Shown one piece after another: positions 6,041-16,223 of a DNA stretch of 37,856 bases. Position numbers and translations under genes: made by a program. The notes under the pieces were generated by a model. The model was not told where the DNA came from. It ran no database searches and saw only the letters and a program-made list of their open reading frames with translations. The stretch lies in NCBI GenBank assembly GCA_035550715.1, contig DASZOP010000014.1, forward strand, positions 1 through 37,856. The letters run 5' to 3'. Within the stretch, counting starts at the first letter, position 1; every line of letters begins with the position of its first letter. The stretch comes from Gemmatimonadota bacterium. GTDB lineage: Bacteria > Gemmatimonadota > Gemmatimonadetes > JACCXV01 > JAHWKZ01.

Positions 6041-8557
6041 TCAGGTCGTGGCCTCGGCGGTCTCTTCGGGAACAGGGACCCGCTTCGCTGCAGAGGCCGC
6101 CCTGTCGGCAGGGGACGGCTGGGACAGGGCCGCTTCGAGGACGTCGCCGATCGTGTCGGCGTACTCGAAGCGGAGCCCCTCAACGAGCTCCGGCTCGACC
6201 TCCTCGACGTGCTCCCGGTTGCGCTCGGGCAGGATCACCGTCCGGATGTCCGAGCGCCGGGCCGCCACCAGCTTCTCCTTGATCCCGCCCACCGGGAGGA
6301 CCTGTCCGGTCAGGGTGATCTCCCCGGTCATCGCCAGATCCGGGCGGATCGGGCGTCCGGTCAGCGCGCTCGCCAGCGCCGCCGCCATCGTCACCCCGGC
6401 CGAGGGCCCGTCCTTGGGGGTCGCGCCGGCCGGAACATGGAGATGGATGTCGACCTTGTCGAAGAAGTCCGGCGCGATACCCAGCTCCGCGGCGTGGCTC
6501 CGGATGTACCCCAGCGCGGCCCGCGCAGACTCCTGCATCACGGCGCCCAGCTGGCCGGTCAGGACGAACCCCTTGCTCCCCGGCATCGTCGTCGCCTCGA
6601 CGAACAGGATCTCCCCGCCCGCCGGCGTCCACGCCAGCGCCGTCGCGACCCCGGGCTGCGCGGTCCGCCGGGCCACCTCGTGGTACGCCTTCCGCGGTCC
6701 CAGGTACTCGACGACCTCGTCGAGGTCGATCACGAAACGGCGGCTCTCGCCGCCGGCAACCCGCGCCGCCACCTTGCGCGCGATCTTGGCGATCTCCCGC
6801 TCAAGGTTCCGGACCCCCGCCTCCTGCGTGTAGCCGTTGATGATCTGCTCGAGGGCCTCCTCGGTGATCTCGACCGCCTCCGCATCCAGGCCGTTCTCGG
6901 CGATCTGCTTCGGGATCAGGTGCTCACGGGCGATGTGGACCTTCTCCCGGTCGGTGTAGCCGGGAAGACGGATCGTCTCCATGCGGTCTAGAAGCGCCGG
7001 CTGGATCGTCTCGAGGATGTTCGCCGTGGCGATGAAGAGCACGCTCGAGAGATCCAGCGGTAGATCGAGGTAGTGGTCGCTGAACGAGTTGTTCTGCTCG
7101 GGGTCGAGCACCTCGAGGAGGGCGCTCGACGGGTCGCCCCGGAAGTCCGCGCCGACCTTGTCGATCTCGTCGAGCATGAAGACGGGATTGTTGACGCCGA
7201 CCCGCTTGAGCGACTGGACGATCCGACCGGGCATGGCGCCGATGTAGGTCCGCCGGTGACCCCGGATCTCCGCCTCGTCGCGCATCCCACCCAGCGACAT
7301 GCGGACGAACTCGCGGCCCAGGGCCCGCGCGATCGACCTGCCGAGCGACGTCTTCCCGACCCCCGGCGGCCCCACGAAGCACAGGATCGGGCCCTTCATG
7401 TCGCGCTTGAGCTTGAGAACCGCAAAATATTCCAGAATACGGTCTTTCACTTCCTTGAGATCGTAGTGGTCCTGGTCCAGCACCGTTCGAGCATGGTCGA
7501 GATCCAGCCGGTCTTCGGTGCCCCGGGACCAAGGCACGGAGCAGAGCCAGTCCACGTAGTTGACGATCACCGAGTACTCGGGACTCGCCGGCGGCACGCT
7601 CGTCAGCCGCTCCAGCTGCTCTTCGGCCGCCGCCATCACGTAGTCGGGGACCTCGGCCTCCAGCAGGCACTTCCGGAGCCGCTCGGCCTCCGCGCCCTCC
7701 GAGGGGCCTTCCCCGAGCTCCTCCTGGATCGCCTTGAGCTGCTCGCGCAGGTAGTACTCGCGCTGCTTCTTCTGGATCTCCTCGTCGACCTGGCTGCGGA
7801 TCTCCCCGCCGATGCGGATCACGTTCAGCTCGCGCCGGAGCCCCTCGACCACGAGCTCGAGCCGCTCCTCGGGGTCGTCGCTCGCCAGAACACGCTGCCG
7901 CTTGTCGTCGTCGAGATGGATCATGGACGCGACCATGTAGACGAACTGGCCGGCCTGGTCGAGGCGGCGGACGGCGGTCTGGAGCTCGTCGGGAAGGAAG
8001 CTCGACTCCCGGATCACCTGGCCGGCCAGCTCCTGGCCTTCGCGGAGCAGCGCCTCCTGGCGCTCGGTCAGGCCATCGGTGGGCTCGGGAAGAACGAGGA
8101 TGCGGGCCTCGAGATGCGGCTCGGTGGCGGTCACCGAGAGGAGGCGGAAGCGGGCGATCCCCTGGAGCAGGATCCGCACGGCCTGGGGGGATCTCACCAT
8201 CCGGTGGATGATCGCCACGGTTCCGACGTCATGGAGGTCCTCGCGGGTCGGGACCCGGCCCTCCTCGACCGGCCGGCGGAGCGCGACGACCGCCACCATC
8301 CGCTGCTCGCGCATGGCCGCATCGACCGCCGACACGAGCGGCGACTCGGCCAGCGCGAGCGGGATCACGGTGTAGGGATAGAGGACGCCGTCCGAAAGCG
8401 ACAGAACCGGCAGGCGGTCGGGGATCGACGCCAGGTCGACGGTGATCTCGCCGGTCCCCTGGTCGCCGGGAGCTCCGGGTCCGTCCGATATCTCCCCCGG
8501 AACCGGCGCGCCTTCCGGCAGTTCCGGTTCGTTCGGCTTCCGTTCCTGGTCAGCCAC
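6041..8557 (-). CDS. lon: ATP-dependent Lon protease
   Basis: Lon N-domain (LPVLSLSDGVLYPYTVIPL), AAA+ Walker A GPPGVGKTS, Walker B FMLDEIDK, and protease serine in PKDGPSAGV. The track ORF runs to 8662, but that part overlaps pgsA. I place the start at GTG 8557, which is preceded by GGAGGG with a 6-nt spacer. That still leaves an acidic/Pro-rich leader of about 45 aa before the Lon N-domain. Confidence 0.9.
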   Translation of the reverse strand: MADQERKPNEPELPEGAPVPGEISDGPGAPGDQGTGEITVDLASIPDRLPVLSLSDGVLYPYTVIPLALAESPLVSAVDAAMREQRMVAVVALRRPVEEGRVPTREDLHDVGTVAIIHRMVRSPQAVRILLQGIARFRLLSVTATEPHLEARILVLPEPTDGLTERQEALLREGQELAGQVIRESSFLPDELQTAVRRLDQAGQFVYMVASMIHLDDDKRQRVLASDDPEERLELVVEGLRRELNVIRIGGEIRSQVDEEIQKKQREYYLREQLKAIQEELGEGPSEGAEAERLRKCLLEAEVPDYVMAAAEEQLERLTSVPPASPEYSVIVNYVDWLCSVPWSRGTEDRLDLDHARTVLDQDHYDLKEVKDRILEYFAVLKLKRDMKGPILCFVGPPGVGKTSLGRSIARALGREFVRMSLGGMRDEAEIRGHRRTYIGAMPGRIVQSLKRVGVNNPVFMLDEIDKVGADFRGDPSSALLEVLDPEQNNSFSDHYLDLPLDLSSVLFIATANILETIQPALLDRMETIRLPGYTDREKVHIAREHLIPKQIAENGLDAEAVEITEEALEQIINGYTQEAGVRNLEREIAKIARKVAARVAGGESRRFVIDLDEVVEYLGPRKAYHEVARRTAQPGVATALAWTPAGGEILFVEATTMPGSKGFVLTGQLGAVMQESARAALGYIRSHAAELGIAPDFFDKVDIHLHVPAGATPKDGPSAGVTMAAALASALTGRPIRPDLAMTGEITLTGQVLPVGGIKEKLVAARRSDIRTVILPERNREHVEEVEPELVEGLRFEYADTIGDVLEAALSQPSPADRAASAAKRVPVPEETAEATT

Positions 8558-9215
8558 GTCGATCCCTCCGCTCAGGCCCCGTGCTGTCGGCGGTCTCGGA
8601 CGGGGCAGAGTCTGCCATGCCCCCGCCGGGCCCGCCAGCCGGTACCCCATCAGAGGACCCATGGCTCCACGCCCGGCGACCGTAGGAGACGTAGGAGAGC
8701 GCGAGGGCCGTGACCGCAGCCGCCGTGAACGGCAGATAGAGCCCTTCCCAGCGCAGGAGGTACGCCAGGATCAGGAACCCCAGGCAGAAGGTGGTGAGCT
8801 TCCCGCTCCAGTTGGCGCCGAAGACGACCCGGTCGCGCCGGAAGAAGAGGACCGCGCCCATGACGAGCGCCAGGTCGCGCGCCAGGATCGCCGCCACGAG
8901 CCACCACGGGAAGTCGCGCGCCACGGCCAGATAGATGACGAGCCCGCCGATCAGGACCTTGTCGGCGATCGGATCGAACAGCTTGCCCGAAGGTGAGATC
9001 GAGCCCCGGCGTCGGGCGAGGAGGCCGTCCAGCAGGTCGGTGGCCCCGGCGACCAGCAGCACCAGGATCGCGACCCGGTCGCTGGCGGGCTCCGATCGCG
9101 CGAGGAGGAGAAGGATCGGGACGACCAGGAGCAGACGCACCAGGGACACGAGGTTCGGAAGGGTCGCGATCCTGAGGCCTTCGACCCGTTCTGGCAGCCG
9201 ATCGCGCGCCGTCAC
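8550..9215 (-). CDS. pgsA: CDP-alcohol phosphatidyltransferase (CDP-diacylglycerol--glycerol-3-phosphate 3-phosphatidyltransferase-like)
   Basis: 221-aa multi-TM ORF with the CDP-alcohol transferase motif DLLDGLLARRRGSISPSGKLFDPIADKV. The GTG start overlaps the recN stop (GTGA). Confidence 0.8.
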   Translation of the reverse strand: MTARDRLPERVEGLRIATLPNLVSLVRLLLVVPILLLLARSEPASDRVAILVLLVAGATDLLDGLLARRRGSISPSGKLFDPIADKVLIGGLVIYLAVARDFPWWLVAAILARDLALVMGAVLFFRRDRVVFGANWSGKLTTFCLGFLILAYLLRWEGLYLPFTAAAVTALALSYVSYGRRAWSHGSSDGVPAGGPGGGMADSAPSETADSTGPERRDRRG

Positions 9216-10864
9216 CGGATCCCTCCCAGCATCTCCTCCGCATGATGGCGTGACACGTCGCGATCCGGATCCCCGCCCAGGAGCCGGCTCACCTCGCGCA
9301 CGCGCTCATCGCCGTCCACCGATCGAATCTCGGTCACCGGGCGCCCGTCTCGAACGGCCTTGACGGCCACGAGGTGGCGATCCGCCGCCGCGGCGATCGC
9401 GGCCAGGTGGGTCACAACCACGACCTGGTGATGGCGGGCCACGTCCGTGAGCTGCCGGGCCACCCGATGAGCGGTGGCCCCGCCGATTCCCGCGTCCACC
9501 TCGTCGAACACCAAGGTCGGTGTCCGATCGGCCTCGGCGAGGGCGGCCTCGAGCGCGAGGAGGGTCCGCGAGAGCTCGCCACCGGAGGCGATCTCCGCCA
9601 GCGGGCGCGGCGGCTCACCTGGGTTGGGGGCGATCAGGAAGACGACGCGCTCGAGGCCGCCCCGACCGCACGCCAGCCGCTCGCCAGCAAACTCGATCCC
9701 GGCCGGGTCGGGCGTCCGCTCGAGCCGCACGTGGAACGTCCCGTCGCCCATCCCCAGGTCGACGAGCCGGCCACGGACGGCCTGCTCCAGACGGTCGGCG
9801 CCCGCCTCCCGGGCGTCGGCGAGCAGGGCCGCGGCCGCCGCCAGCTCCTTCCGCGCGCCTTCGATCTCGGCGTCCAGGGATCGCTCGCGGGCTCCCTCCC
9901 GCTCGAGCGCCCCGATCTCGGCGCCCATCGATCCGCAGAGCTCCAGGATCTCGTCGACGGTCCGCCCGTGCTTGCTCCTGAGGCGGAACAGGAGGTCGCG
10001 CCGGGCCTCGATCCTCGCCAGCCGTCCGGGATCGTGGTCGACGGCGGTGGCGTACCGCTCGAGCTCCCTCGCCAGGTCCTCGATCTCGTAGCGGGCGTCG
10101 CTCGCCCGCAGCGCGGCGGCGGCCATGTCCGGGTCGAGCCCGGCCAGCCGGTCGAGCGCACGGCCCATCGCCGCCAGGATCTCGCCGACCGGAGCGTCGC
10201 CGCCTTCGAGGAGGGAATGCGCTTCGGCGGCCAGCCGGGCGCGCTCGGCGCTGTGGGCGAGGAGGCGGGCGTCGGCCGCCAGCGTCTCCTCCTCGCCCGG
10301 CTCGAGCCGCGCGGCTTCGATCTCCTCGACCTGGGAGAGCAGAAACCGCAACCGGTCCTCGCGCTCGGCGCTCCGCGCCGCGACCTCGTCCCGCTCTCGC
10401 CGAAGCGACTCGAGGGTGCCCGCGGCTTCGGCCACCCGCTGGGCCAGCCCGGTCGCGTCTGCGAAAGCGTCCAGGATCTCCCGCTGGACGCCCCTCTCGA
10501 CAAGCCGCTCGTCCTCGTGCTGCCCGTGGATGGCGACCCGCCCCTCGGCCCGCTCGCGGAGCGACCGCACGGTCGTCATGGCGCCGTCCAGATAGCAGCG
10601 GTTGGTCCGGTCGCGCCACACCTCGCGCCGCACCACCCATTCGTCTCCGTCGGGGCCGGTGAACAAGCACTCGAGGGTCGCGTGATCGGCGCCTTCCCGG
10701 ACGACCGAGGCGGAGGCCCGGCCGCCGACCAGCAGCCCGATCGACTCGACGATCACCGTCTTGCCCGCCCCGGTCTCGCCGGTCAGCACGTTCAACCCGG
10801 GCCCGAGGTCGATCTCCAGGTCCTCGACCAGCGCCAGGTCCCTGATCCGGAGGCGTCTCAGCAC
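9212..10864 (-). CDS. recN: DNA repair protein RecN
   Basis: N-terminus VLRRLRIRDLALVEDLEIDLGPGLNVLTGETGAGKT (SMC-type Walker A), a long coiled-coil middle, and the ABC signature SGGELSR near the C-terminus. I trimmed the start to GTG 10864, 1 nt after the nadK stop. The track start at 10891 would overlap nadK by 26 nt. Confidence 0.9.
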   Translation of the reverse strand: MLRRLRIRDLALVEDLEIDLGPGLNVLTGETGAGKTVIVESIGLLVGGRASASVVREGADHATLECLFTGPDGDEWVVRREVWRDRTNRCYLDGAMTTVRSLRERAEGRVAIHGQHEDERLVERGVQREILDAFADATGLAQRVAEAAGTLESLRRERDEVAARSAEREDRLRFLLSQVEEIEAARLEPGEEETLAADARLLAHSAERARLAAEAHSLLEGGDAPVGEILAAMGRALDRLAGLDPDMAAAALRASDARYEIEDLARELERYATAVDHDPGRLARIEARRDLLFRLRSKHGRTVDEILELCGSMGAEIGALEREGARERSLDAEIEGARKELAAAAALLADAREAGADRLEQAVRGRLVDLGMGDGTFHVRLERTPDPAGIEFAGERLACGRGGLERVVFLIAPNPGEPPRPLAEIASGGELSRTLLALEAALAEADRTPTLVFDEVDAGIGGATAHRVARQLTDVARHHQVVVVTHLAAIAAAADRHLVAVKAVRDGRPVTEIRSVDGDERVREVSRLLGGDPDRDVSRHHAEEMLGGIR

Positions 10865-10865
10865 G

Positions 10866-11732
10866 TCATGATCCCCAGTCCGCCCGTCCACCCCACATGA
10901 GCTTCTCCCGAAGCCGATCGTAGTAGCCCCCCGGGTCTACGCCGGCCAGGATCACCTCATGGGTCCCGCGCGACACCCGGACGACGTCCTTCACCGCCAC
11001 TGGCTCTTCGACCTGACCGTCCATCACGAGGTGGACCTCGTCCGACGCCTTCTCCAGCCGGACCTCGATCCGCCGTTCTCCGGCTACCACGATCGGCCGG
11101 ACGGCGAGCGTGTGGGCGCAGATCGGCGTCACCACGAGGACGTCGGTGTCGGGCGAGACGAGCGGTCCGCCCGCCGAGAGGTTGTAGCCGGTCGATCCGG
11201 TGGGGGTCGAAACGATCAGGCCGTCGGCCAGGTAGGGTCCGAGCGCGCTGCCGGACACCTGGAGATCCAGCCGCAGGGTGCGATGTCCGCCGCCCTTGTG
11301 GATCACGGCGTCGTTGAGAGCGTGGTGGCGGGCGCGGACCTGCCCGCCGCGAACGACGTCGGCGGCGAGCGTGGTCCGTCGCGACACCGGCGCGCGCCCT
11401 TCCAGGGCGGCTTCAAGCCGAGCCCAGAGGCCATCGACGGACGCCGAAGTCAGAAAGCCGAGACCGCCCAGGTTGACGCCGAACACGGGGACCGGACGCC
11501 CATCCAGCCGGCGCACGGCGGAGAGCAGGGTCCCGTCGCCGCCCAGCGTGACCACGAGCGCCGCGTCGAGGGCGTGCCAGTTCAAGGGCGGTGCGTCCAC
11601 CCCCAGCCGCTCGAGGGCGAAGGCGTCGACCACGACCTCCCAGCCGCGGCGGTCGAGACCCTCGATCACGTCTCTGAGGACCGGCTCCACGTTCGGCCGA
11701 TCCGGATTCGCTACGAGGGCTGCGCGAGGCAT
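10866..11732 (-). CDS. nadK: NAD kinase
   Basis: GGDGTLL motif and the NAD-kinase C-terminal motif STPTGSTGYNLSAGGP. The start is trimmed to ATG 11732 (MPRAALVANPD...); the upstream track extension is Arg-rich and runs into dxs. Confidence 0.85.
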   Translation of the reverse strand: MPRAALVANPDRPNVEPVLRDVIEGLDRRGWEVVVDAFALERLGVDAPPLNWHALDAALVVTLGGDGTLLSAVRRLDGRPVPVFGVNLGGLGFLTSASVDGLWARLEAALEGRAPVSRRTTLAADVVRGGQVRARHHALNDAVIHKGGGHRTLRLDLQVSGSALGPYLADGLIVSTPTGSTGYNLSAGGPLVSPDTDVLVVTPICAHTLAVRPIVVAGERRIEVRLEKASDEVHLVMDGQVEEPVAVKDVVRVSRGTHEVILAGVDPGGYYDRLREKLMWGGRADWGS

Positions 11733-11772
11733 CCCGCGCAGGGCTAGGGGTCGATGGCGGGAACCCGCGCCA

Positions 11773-13665
11773 CTACCGGCCGACCCGCTCCTCGGCGAGC
11801 GCCAGCGCCGCCGCACGGATCGATGCGGGATCGAGGCCGCATTGCTCGAGCTGGACCTTGCGGGGGGCGTGGTCTACGACCCGATCCGGCATCCCCAGCG
11901 AACGCAGCTCCGGTCGCAGTCCATGTCCCGAGAGGAGCCGCGCCACGTTGGACCCGAAACCGCTCCAGACGGCGCTCTCCTCCACGGTCAGGATGCGGTC
12001 GAACCGGGCGCCCAGCTCGGCCAGCAGGTTCTCGTCCATGGGTTTCAGGTAGCGGCAGTTCACCACGTGCGCGTCGACACCGTCGGCCGCCAGGGCCGCT
12101 GCCGCTTCGAGAGCCGGGCGCACCATCGTCCCCACCGCCAGCACGCACAGGTCCGTGCCTTCCTTCACCGTTTCCCAGCGCCCGATCGGCAGGAAAGCGA
12201 AGTCGCGCCGGTCGAGCTCCACCCCCTCGGCGACCGAGTCGCGTGGATAGCGGATCGCGAACGGGTGCTCGCGCTGGGACACCGCCGTGTGGAGCAGGTC
12301 CTGGAGCTCGTGCTCGTCCTTGGGAGCCGCGAGGATCATGTTCGGGACGACCGACAGGTAGCCGACGTCGTACGCCCCCATGTGCGTCGGGCCATCCTCG
12401 CCCACCAGACCCGCCCGGTCGAGCACGAAGACGACGGGCAGATCCTGGATGCAGACGTCGTGCACGATCTGATCGTACGCCCGCTGCAGGAAGGTCGAGT
12501 AGATCGCGCAGACCGGGATCCATCCCTCGCGAGCGAGCCCGGCCGCGAACGTCACCGCATGCTGCTCCGCGATTCCGACGTCGAACCCGCGTTCCGGGAA
12601 GGCCTCCATGAAGGCCTGAACGCCGGCCCCGTCCGGCATGGCGGCGGTGATCGCGCAGACCTTGGGGTTTCGCCGCCCCACCTCGACGAGGGCGCTCGAG
12701 AAGACCTTCGTCCACTTGGGGCGGGAGGGCGGACCCTCGACCTTGCCCGACTCCAGGTTGATCCGGCCGACCCCGTGGTACTTCCACTGGTCGGCCTCCG
12801 CGAACGGATACCCCTTTCCCTTGACGGTCAGGATGTGGAGCAACCGCGGCCCCTTGAGGTCCTTGATCCGCTCGAGCGTGTCGAGCAGCTCGTCGAGGTC
12901 GTGACCGTCGATGGGGCCGAAGTAGCGGAACCCCAGCTCCTCGAAGAGGACCCCCGGAGTCACCAGCCCCTTGACGCTTTCCTCGAGACGGTGGGCGAAG
13001 CCCCGAACCTCGTCGGCGACGATCGGGATCTTCCCCGTCACCTGCCAGATCTCGTCACGAATCCGGTTGTAGAGCGGGTTGGTCTGGATGCCGGTCAGGT
13101 AGTTGTGCATGGCCCCGAGGTTGGGAGCGATCGACATCTTGTTGTCGTTGAGGATGACCAGGAGGTCCGTATCGGTGGCACCGGCGTTGTTGAGCGCCTC
13201 GTAGGCGAGACCGGCCGTCATGGCGCCATCGCCGGTCACCGAGATCACCTTGAAGTCGTCCCCCGCCAGGTCGCGCGCGGTGGCGATCCCGAGCGCAGCC
13301 GAGATCGAAGTCGACGCATGACCGGCCCCGAAGATGTCGTGCTCGCTCTCCACGATGCGGCAGAAGCCGGAGGGGCCGTCCGACTGACGCAGCCGCTCCA
13401 TGGCGGCGTTCCTGCCGGTCAGGATCTTGTGGGGATAGCACTGGTGCCCGACGTCCCAGACGATCTTGTCGCGCGGGCTGTCGAAGACGTGATGAAGGGC
13501 CACGGTCAGCTCGACCACCCCCAGCGGGGCGCCGAGATGTCCACCCCGGCTGGAGACGACGTCCAGTACCCGCTGCCGGACCTCCCCAGCGAGCTGGTGG
13601 AGCGCCTCGCGGGAGAGGCCCTTGAGGTCCTCAGGGCTGCGGACACGATCAAGGAGGCGACCCAT
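11773..13665 (-). CDS. dxs: 1-deoxy-D-xylulose-5-phosphate synthase
   Basis: Full-length 630-aa ORF with GHASTSISAALG, the TPP motif GDGAMTAG, and transketolase-like pyrimidine-binding and C-terminal domains. Confidence 0.95.
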   Translation of the reverse strand: MGRLLDRVRSPEDLKGLSREALHQLAGEVRQRVLDVVSSRGGHLGAPLGVVELTVALHHVFDSPRDKIVWDVGHQCYPHKILTGRNAAMERLRQSDGPSGFCRIVESEHDIFGAGHASTSISAALGIATARDLAGDDFKVISVTGDGAMTAGLAYEALNNAGATDTDLLVILNDNKMSIAPNLGAMHNYLTGIQTNPLYNRIRDEIWQVTGKIPIVADEVRGFAHRLEESVKGLVTPGVLFEELGFRYFGPIDGHDLDELLDTLERIKDLKGPRLLHILTVKGKGYPFAEADQWKYHGVGRINLESGKVEGPPSRPKWTKVFSSALVEVGRRNPKVCAITAAMPDGAGVQAFMEAFPERGFDVGIAEQHAVTFAAGLAREGWIPVCAIYSTFLQRAYDQIVHDVCIQDLPVVFVLDRAGLVGEDGPTHMGAYDVGYLSVVPNMILAAPKDEHELQDLLHTAVSQREHPFAIRYPRDSVAEGVELDRRDFAFLPIGRWETVKEGTDLCVLAVGTMVRPALEAAAALAADGVDAHVVNCRYLKPMDENLLAELGARFDRILTVEESAVWSGFGSNVARLLSGHGLRPELRSLGMPDRVVDHAPRKVQLEQCGLDPASIRAAALALAEERVGR

Positions 13666-13724
13666 GGCGACGCGAAACTAACCGGCCGCAGGACGCCGGC
13701 CAACCGCTGGATGGCATAACTCCG

Positions 13725-15299
13725 CTACGGGACGGTTCTCAGGACATCCAGAAACGCCTCGCCGTACCGCTCGAGCTTGACAGGGCCGACGCCGGAAACG
13801 GCGAGGAGACCGGGCCGGTCGAGGGGACGTCGGCGCGCCATGTCGCGCAGGGTGGCGTCGCTGAAGACGACGTAGGCGGGGACCTCGCGCTCGTCCGCCA
13901 GCCCGCGGCGGAGGGCCCTCAACCGCTGGAAGAGATCCTCATCGGCCTGGCCCCATCCGTCGTCGCCCGCACGGGCGTCGCCGGAAGCGACCGCGAACCC
14001 CCTCGTTCCCGCCGGCGGTCTACCCCCGCGGCCCTGGATCCCCTGGTCCCGGCGCAATCTCTCGATCCGGGCCTCGGTCGTGATCCCGAGACAGACGTCG
14101 CAGGCATCGCCGCACGGCGCGATCCGCTCGTCGAAGTGGGAGACGATCGCCCGGTGCCGGCAGCCGCCCTTCTCGACCATCCGGTAGAGGGCGGCCGTCG
14201 CCTCCCGCCTGGCCCGCCGGAGCTCGGGATCCTGGATCTCGTCCAGGAACCGCTCGTGGAGCTTCACATCGGCCCACGAGTAGAAGAGGACGCAGTCGCT
14301 CGGAAGCCCGTCCCGACCGGCGCGGCCGAATTCCTGGTACCACGATTCCACGTCCTTCGGCATGTCGCGGTGGATCACGAACCGGACGTCCGGCTTGTCG
14401 ATCCCCATCCCGAACGCGATGGTGGCCACGACGACCTCGGCGTCGCCGCGGGCGAACGCCTCCTGGTTCCGGTGCCGGTCGGCGTCGTCCATGCCGGCGT
14501 GATAGGGGAGCGCACGGATCCCCTTCCGCCCGAGCCACAGAGCGGTCGAATCGACCGCGCGCCGCGACTGGCAGTACACGATCCCGCTCGATCCGGGAGC
14601 CGACCGGATCAGGCTCAGGATCTCGGTCCGCGTGTCGCCGCCCGCACCCTTCTTGCGAACCCACAGCCGCAGGTTCGGCCGGTAGAAGGACCCCTTGAAT
14701 CCGGCCGGTCGGCGGAGCCCGAGCTGGCGCAGGATGTCCCTGGCGACTTCGCGCGTGGCGGTCGCCGTCAGCGCCAGGACCGGGACGCCGTCCAGCTCCT
14801 CCTTGAGCCCCGCGAGCCGCCGGTACGAGGGCCGGAAGTCGTGGCCCCACTGGCTGATGCAGTGGGCCTCGTCGACGACCAGGAGCGAGACCGCCCAGCG
14901 ACGGAGGAGACGTCGCAGCGAGCCCTCCAGGGCTTCGGGCGCCAGATACACCAGCTCGTAAGCTCCCGCAGCGAGGCGGTCCAGACGTCGCGAGCGCTCG
15001 CCGGGCTCGAGCGTCGAGTTGATCGCGGTCGCACGGAAGCCGAGCTCGGTCAGCGCGTCGACCTGATCCTTCATGAGCGATATGAGGGGGGAGACGACGA
15101 GCACCGTCCCCGGCAGGAGCTTTGCCGGTAGCTGGAACGTCAGCGACTTGCCGGCCCCGGTCGGCATGACCGCGATGCAGTCGCGACCGGCCAGGACCGC
15201 CTCGACGACCTCGCGCTGTCCGGGCCGGAAGCGCTCGAAGCCGAACACGTCGCGGAGGACCCGCTCGGCGGACCCGGGGGGCCCTTCGCGCTCGCTCAA
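13725..15299 (-). CDS. recQ: ATP-dependent DNA helicase RecQ
   Basis: [10 protein letters not shown], Walker [14 protein letters not shown] box [17 protein letters not shown], a RecQ Zn-binding Cys cluster (CRHRAIV...CGDACDVC), and a C-terminal HRDC-like segment ([15 protein letters not shown]). The first 245 codons of the track ORF are an Arg/Gly-rich shadow overlapping ispA. TTG at 15299 overlaps the ispA stop (TTGA) and is the only plausible start upstream of the conserved N-terminus. Confidence 0.85.
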   Translation of the reverse strand: MSEREGPPGSAERVLRDVFGFERFRPGQREVVEAVLAGRDCIAVMPTGAGKSLTFQLPAKLLPGTVLVVSPLISLMKDQVDALTELGFRATAINSTLEPGERSRRLDRLAAGAYELVYLAPEALEGSLRRLLRRWAVSLLVVDEAHCISQWGHDFRPSYRRLAGLKEELDGVPVLALTATATREVARDILRQLGLRRPAGFKGSFYRPNLRLWVRKKGAGGDTRTEILSLIRSAPGSSGIVYCQSRRAVDSTALWLGRKGIRALPYHAGMDDADRHRNQEAFARGDAEVVVATIAFGMGIDKPDVRFVIHRDMPKDVESWYQEFGRAGRDGLPSDCVLFYSWADVKLHERFLDEIQDPELRRARREATAALYRMVEKGGCRHRAIVSHFDERIAPCGDACDVCLGITTEARIERLRRDQGIQGRGGRPPAGTRGFAVASGDARAGDDGWGQADEDLFQRLRALRRGLADEREVPAYVVFSDATLRDMARRRPLDRPGLLAVSGVGPVKLERYGEAFLDVLRTVP

Positions 15300-16192
15300 T
15301 CGAGACGCTCGAGCACGAGGTCGACGAACAGGTCGAGCAGGGACGGGTCGCCGTCCAGGCCCGCCAGGCGGGCGCGCGCCTCGCCGGCCACCCGCTCGGC
15401 CAGCCGGCGGGCGGCCTCGAGGCCGTACACGGACGGATAGGTGGCCTTGGCGAGCCGGCGGTCGACTCCGACCGCCTTCCCCATGCGGCCCGCGTCGCCG
15501 GTCTCGTCGAGGAGATCGTCCACGATCTGGAAGGCGAGCCCGAGGTACGTCCCGTATCCGTCGAGTGCCTCCACCTGATCCGGATCGCCACCCGCGGTCA
15601 GCGCCCCCAGGGTGCAGGCGGTCGCGAACAAAGCGGCCGTCTTGGCGCGGTGGATGGCTTCGAGCCCGGCACCGTCCACCGCTCTCCCCTCCGCCTCGAG
15701 GTCCAGGTACTGGCCACCGACCATCCCGTCCGCCCCGGCCCCCGCCGCCAGCCGGCGGAGCATCGCCGGTAGCCCGGCGGCCAGCCCCGGATCCCCGGCC
15801 GCGGCCCGGGCCAGGGTAAGGAACGCCAGCTCCTGGAGCGCGGCTCCGGCGGCGGCGGCGACCGCCACCCCGTACACGCGGTGCGCGGTCGGAAGGCCGC
15901 GTCGCAAAGGGTCGTCGTCCATGGCCGGCAGGTCGTCGTGGAGGAGCGAGTAGGTGTGGACGAGCTCGACCGCCGCGGCCACCGAGTGGACGGCCCCGTC
16001 GCCGTCCGTCTCGCTGCCGAGGGCCTGGTGGCACGCCAGCGTGAGGAGCGGCCGGATCCGCTTCCCGCCGGCCCGGACGCTGTACGCCGCGGCGGCCCCC
16101 AGGGGAGGTGCGAGACCGGCCAATGCGCGCTCGAGCGCGGCCTCGATCCGCGGCCGCTCGGCGGCGGCGAAGGCCTGGAGCGCCGCGCTCAT
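15296..16192 (-). CDS. ispA: Polyprenyl diphosphate synthase (farnesyl/geranylgeranyl diphosphate synthase)
   Basis: The two Asp-rich motifs [12 protein letters not shown] and FQIVDDLLD. The start is trimmed to ATG 16192 (MSAALQAF...). xseB-ispA-dxs is a conserved neighbourhood. Confidence 0.85.
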   Translation of the reverse strand: MSAALQAFAAAERPRIEAALERALAGLAPPLGAAAAYSVRAGGKRIRPLLTLACHQALGSETDGDGAVHSVAAAVELVHTYSLLHDDLPAMDDDPLRRGLPTAHRVYGVAVAAAAGAALQELAFLTLARAAAGDPGLAAGLPAMLRRLAAGAGADGMVGGQYLDLEAEGRAVDGAGLEAIHRAKTAALFATACTLGALTAGGDPDQVEALDGYGTYLGLAFQIVDDLLDETGDAGRMGKAVGVDRRLAKATYPSVYGLEAARRLAERVAGEARARLAGLDGDPSLLDLFVDLVLERLD

Positions 16193-16223
16193 CGTTCCCC
16201 GGTCATGGGATCCCGGGAAAGCC

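Noticed and set aside
13725-16034. Very long N-terminal extensions in the track ORFs: recQ 769 aa, xseA 913 aa (16520-19261), wecB 1211 aa (25959-29594), GT2-b 608 aa (29725-31551), the fusion gene 1192 aa (30480-34058), SBP 465 aa (35320-36717), pheT 859 aa, zapA 173 aa, ispA 382 aa, folD 355 aa.
   Set aside because: The extensions run through the upstream neighbour's coding sequence, are Arg/Gly/Pro-rich, and precede a start codon that overlaps or abuts the upstream stop. I trimmed each to the start consistent with the conserved N-terminus.
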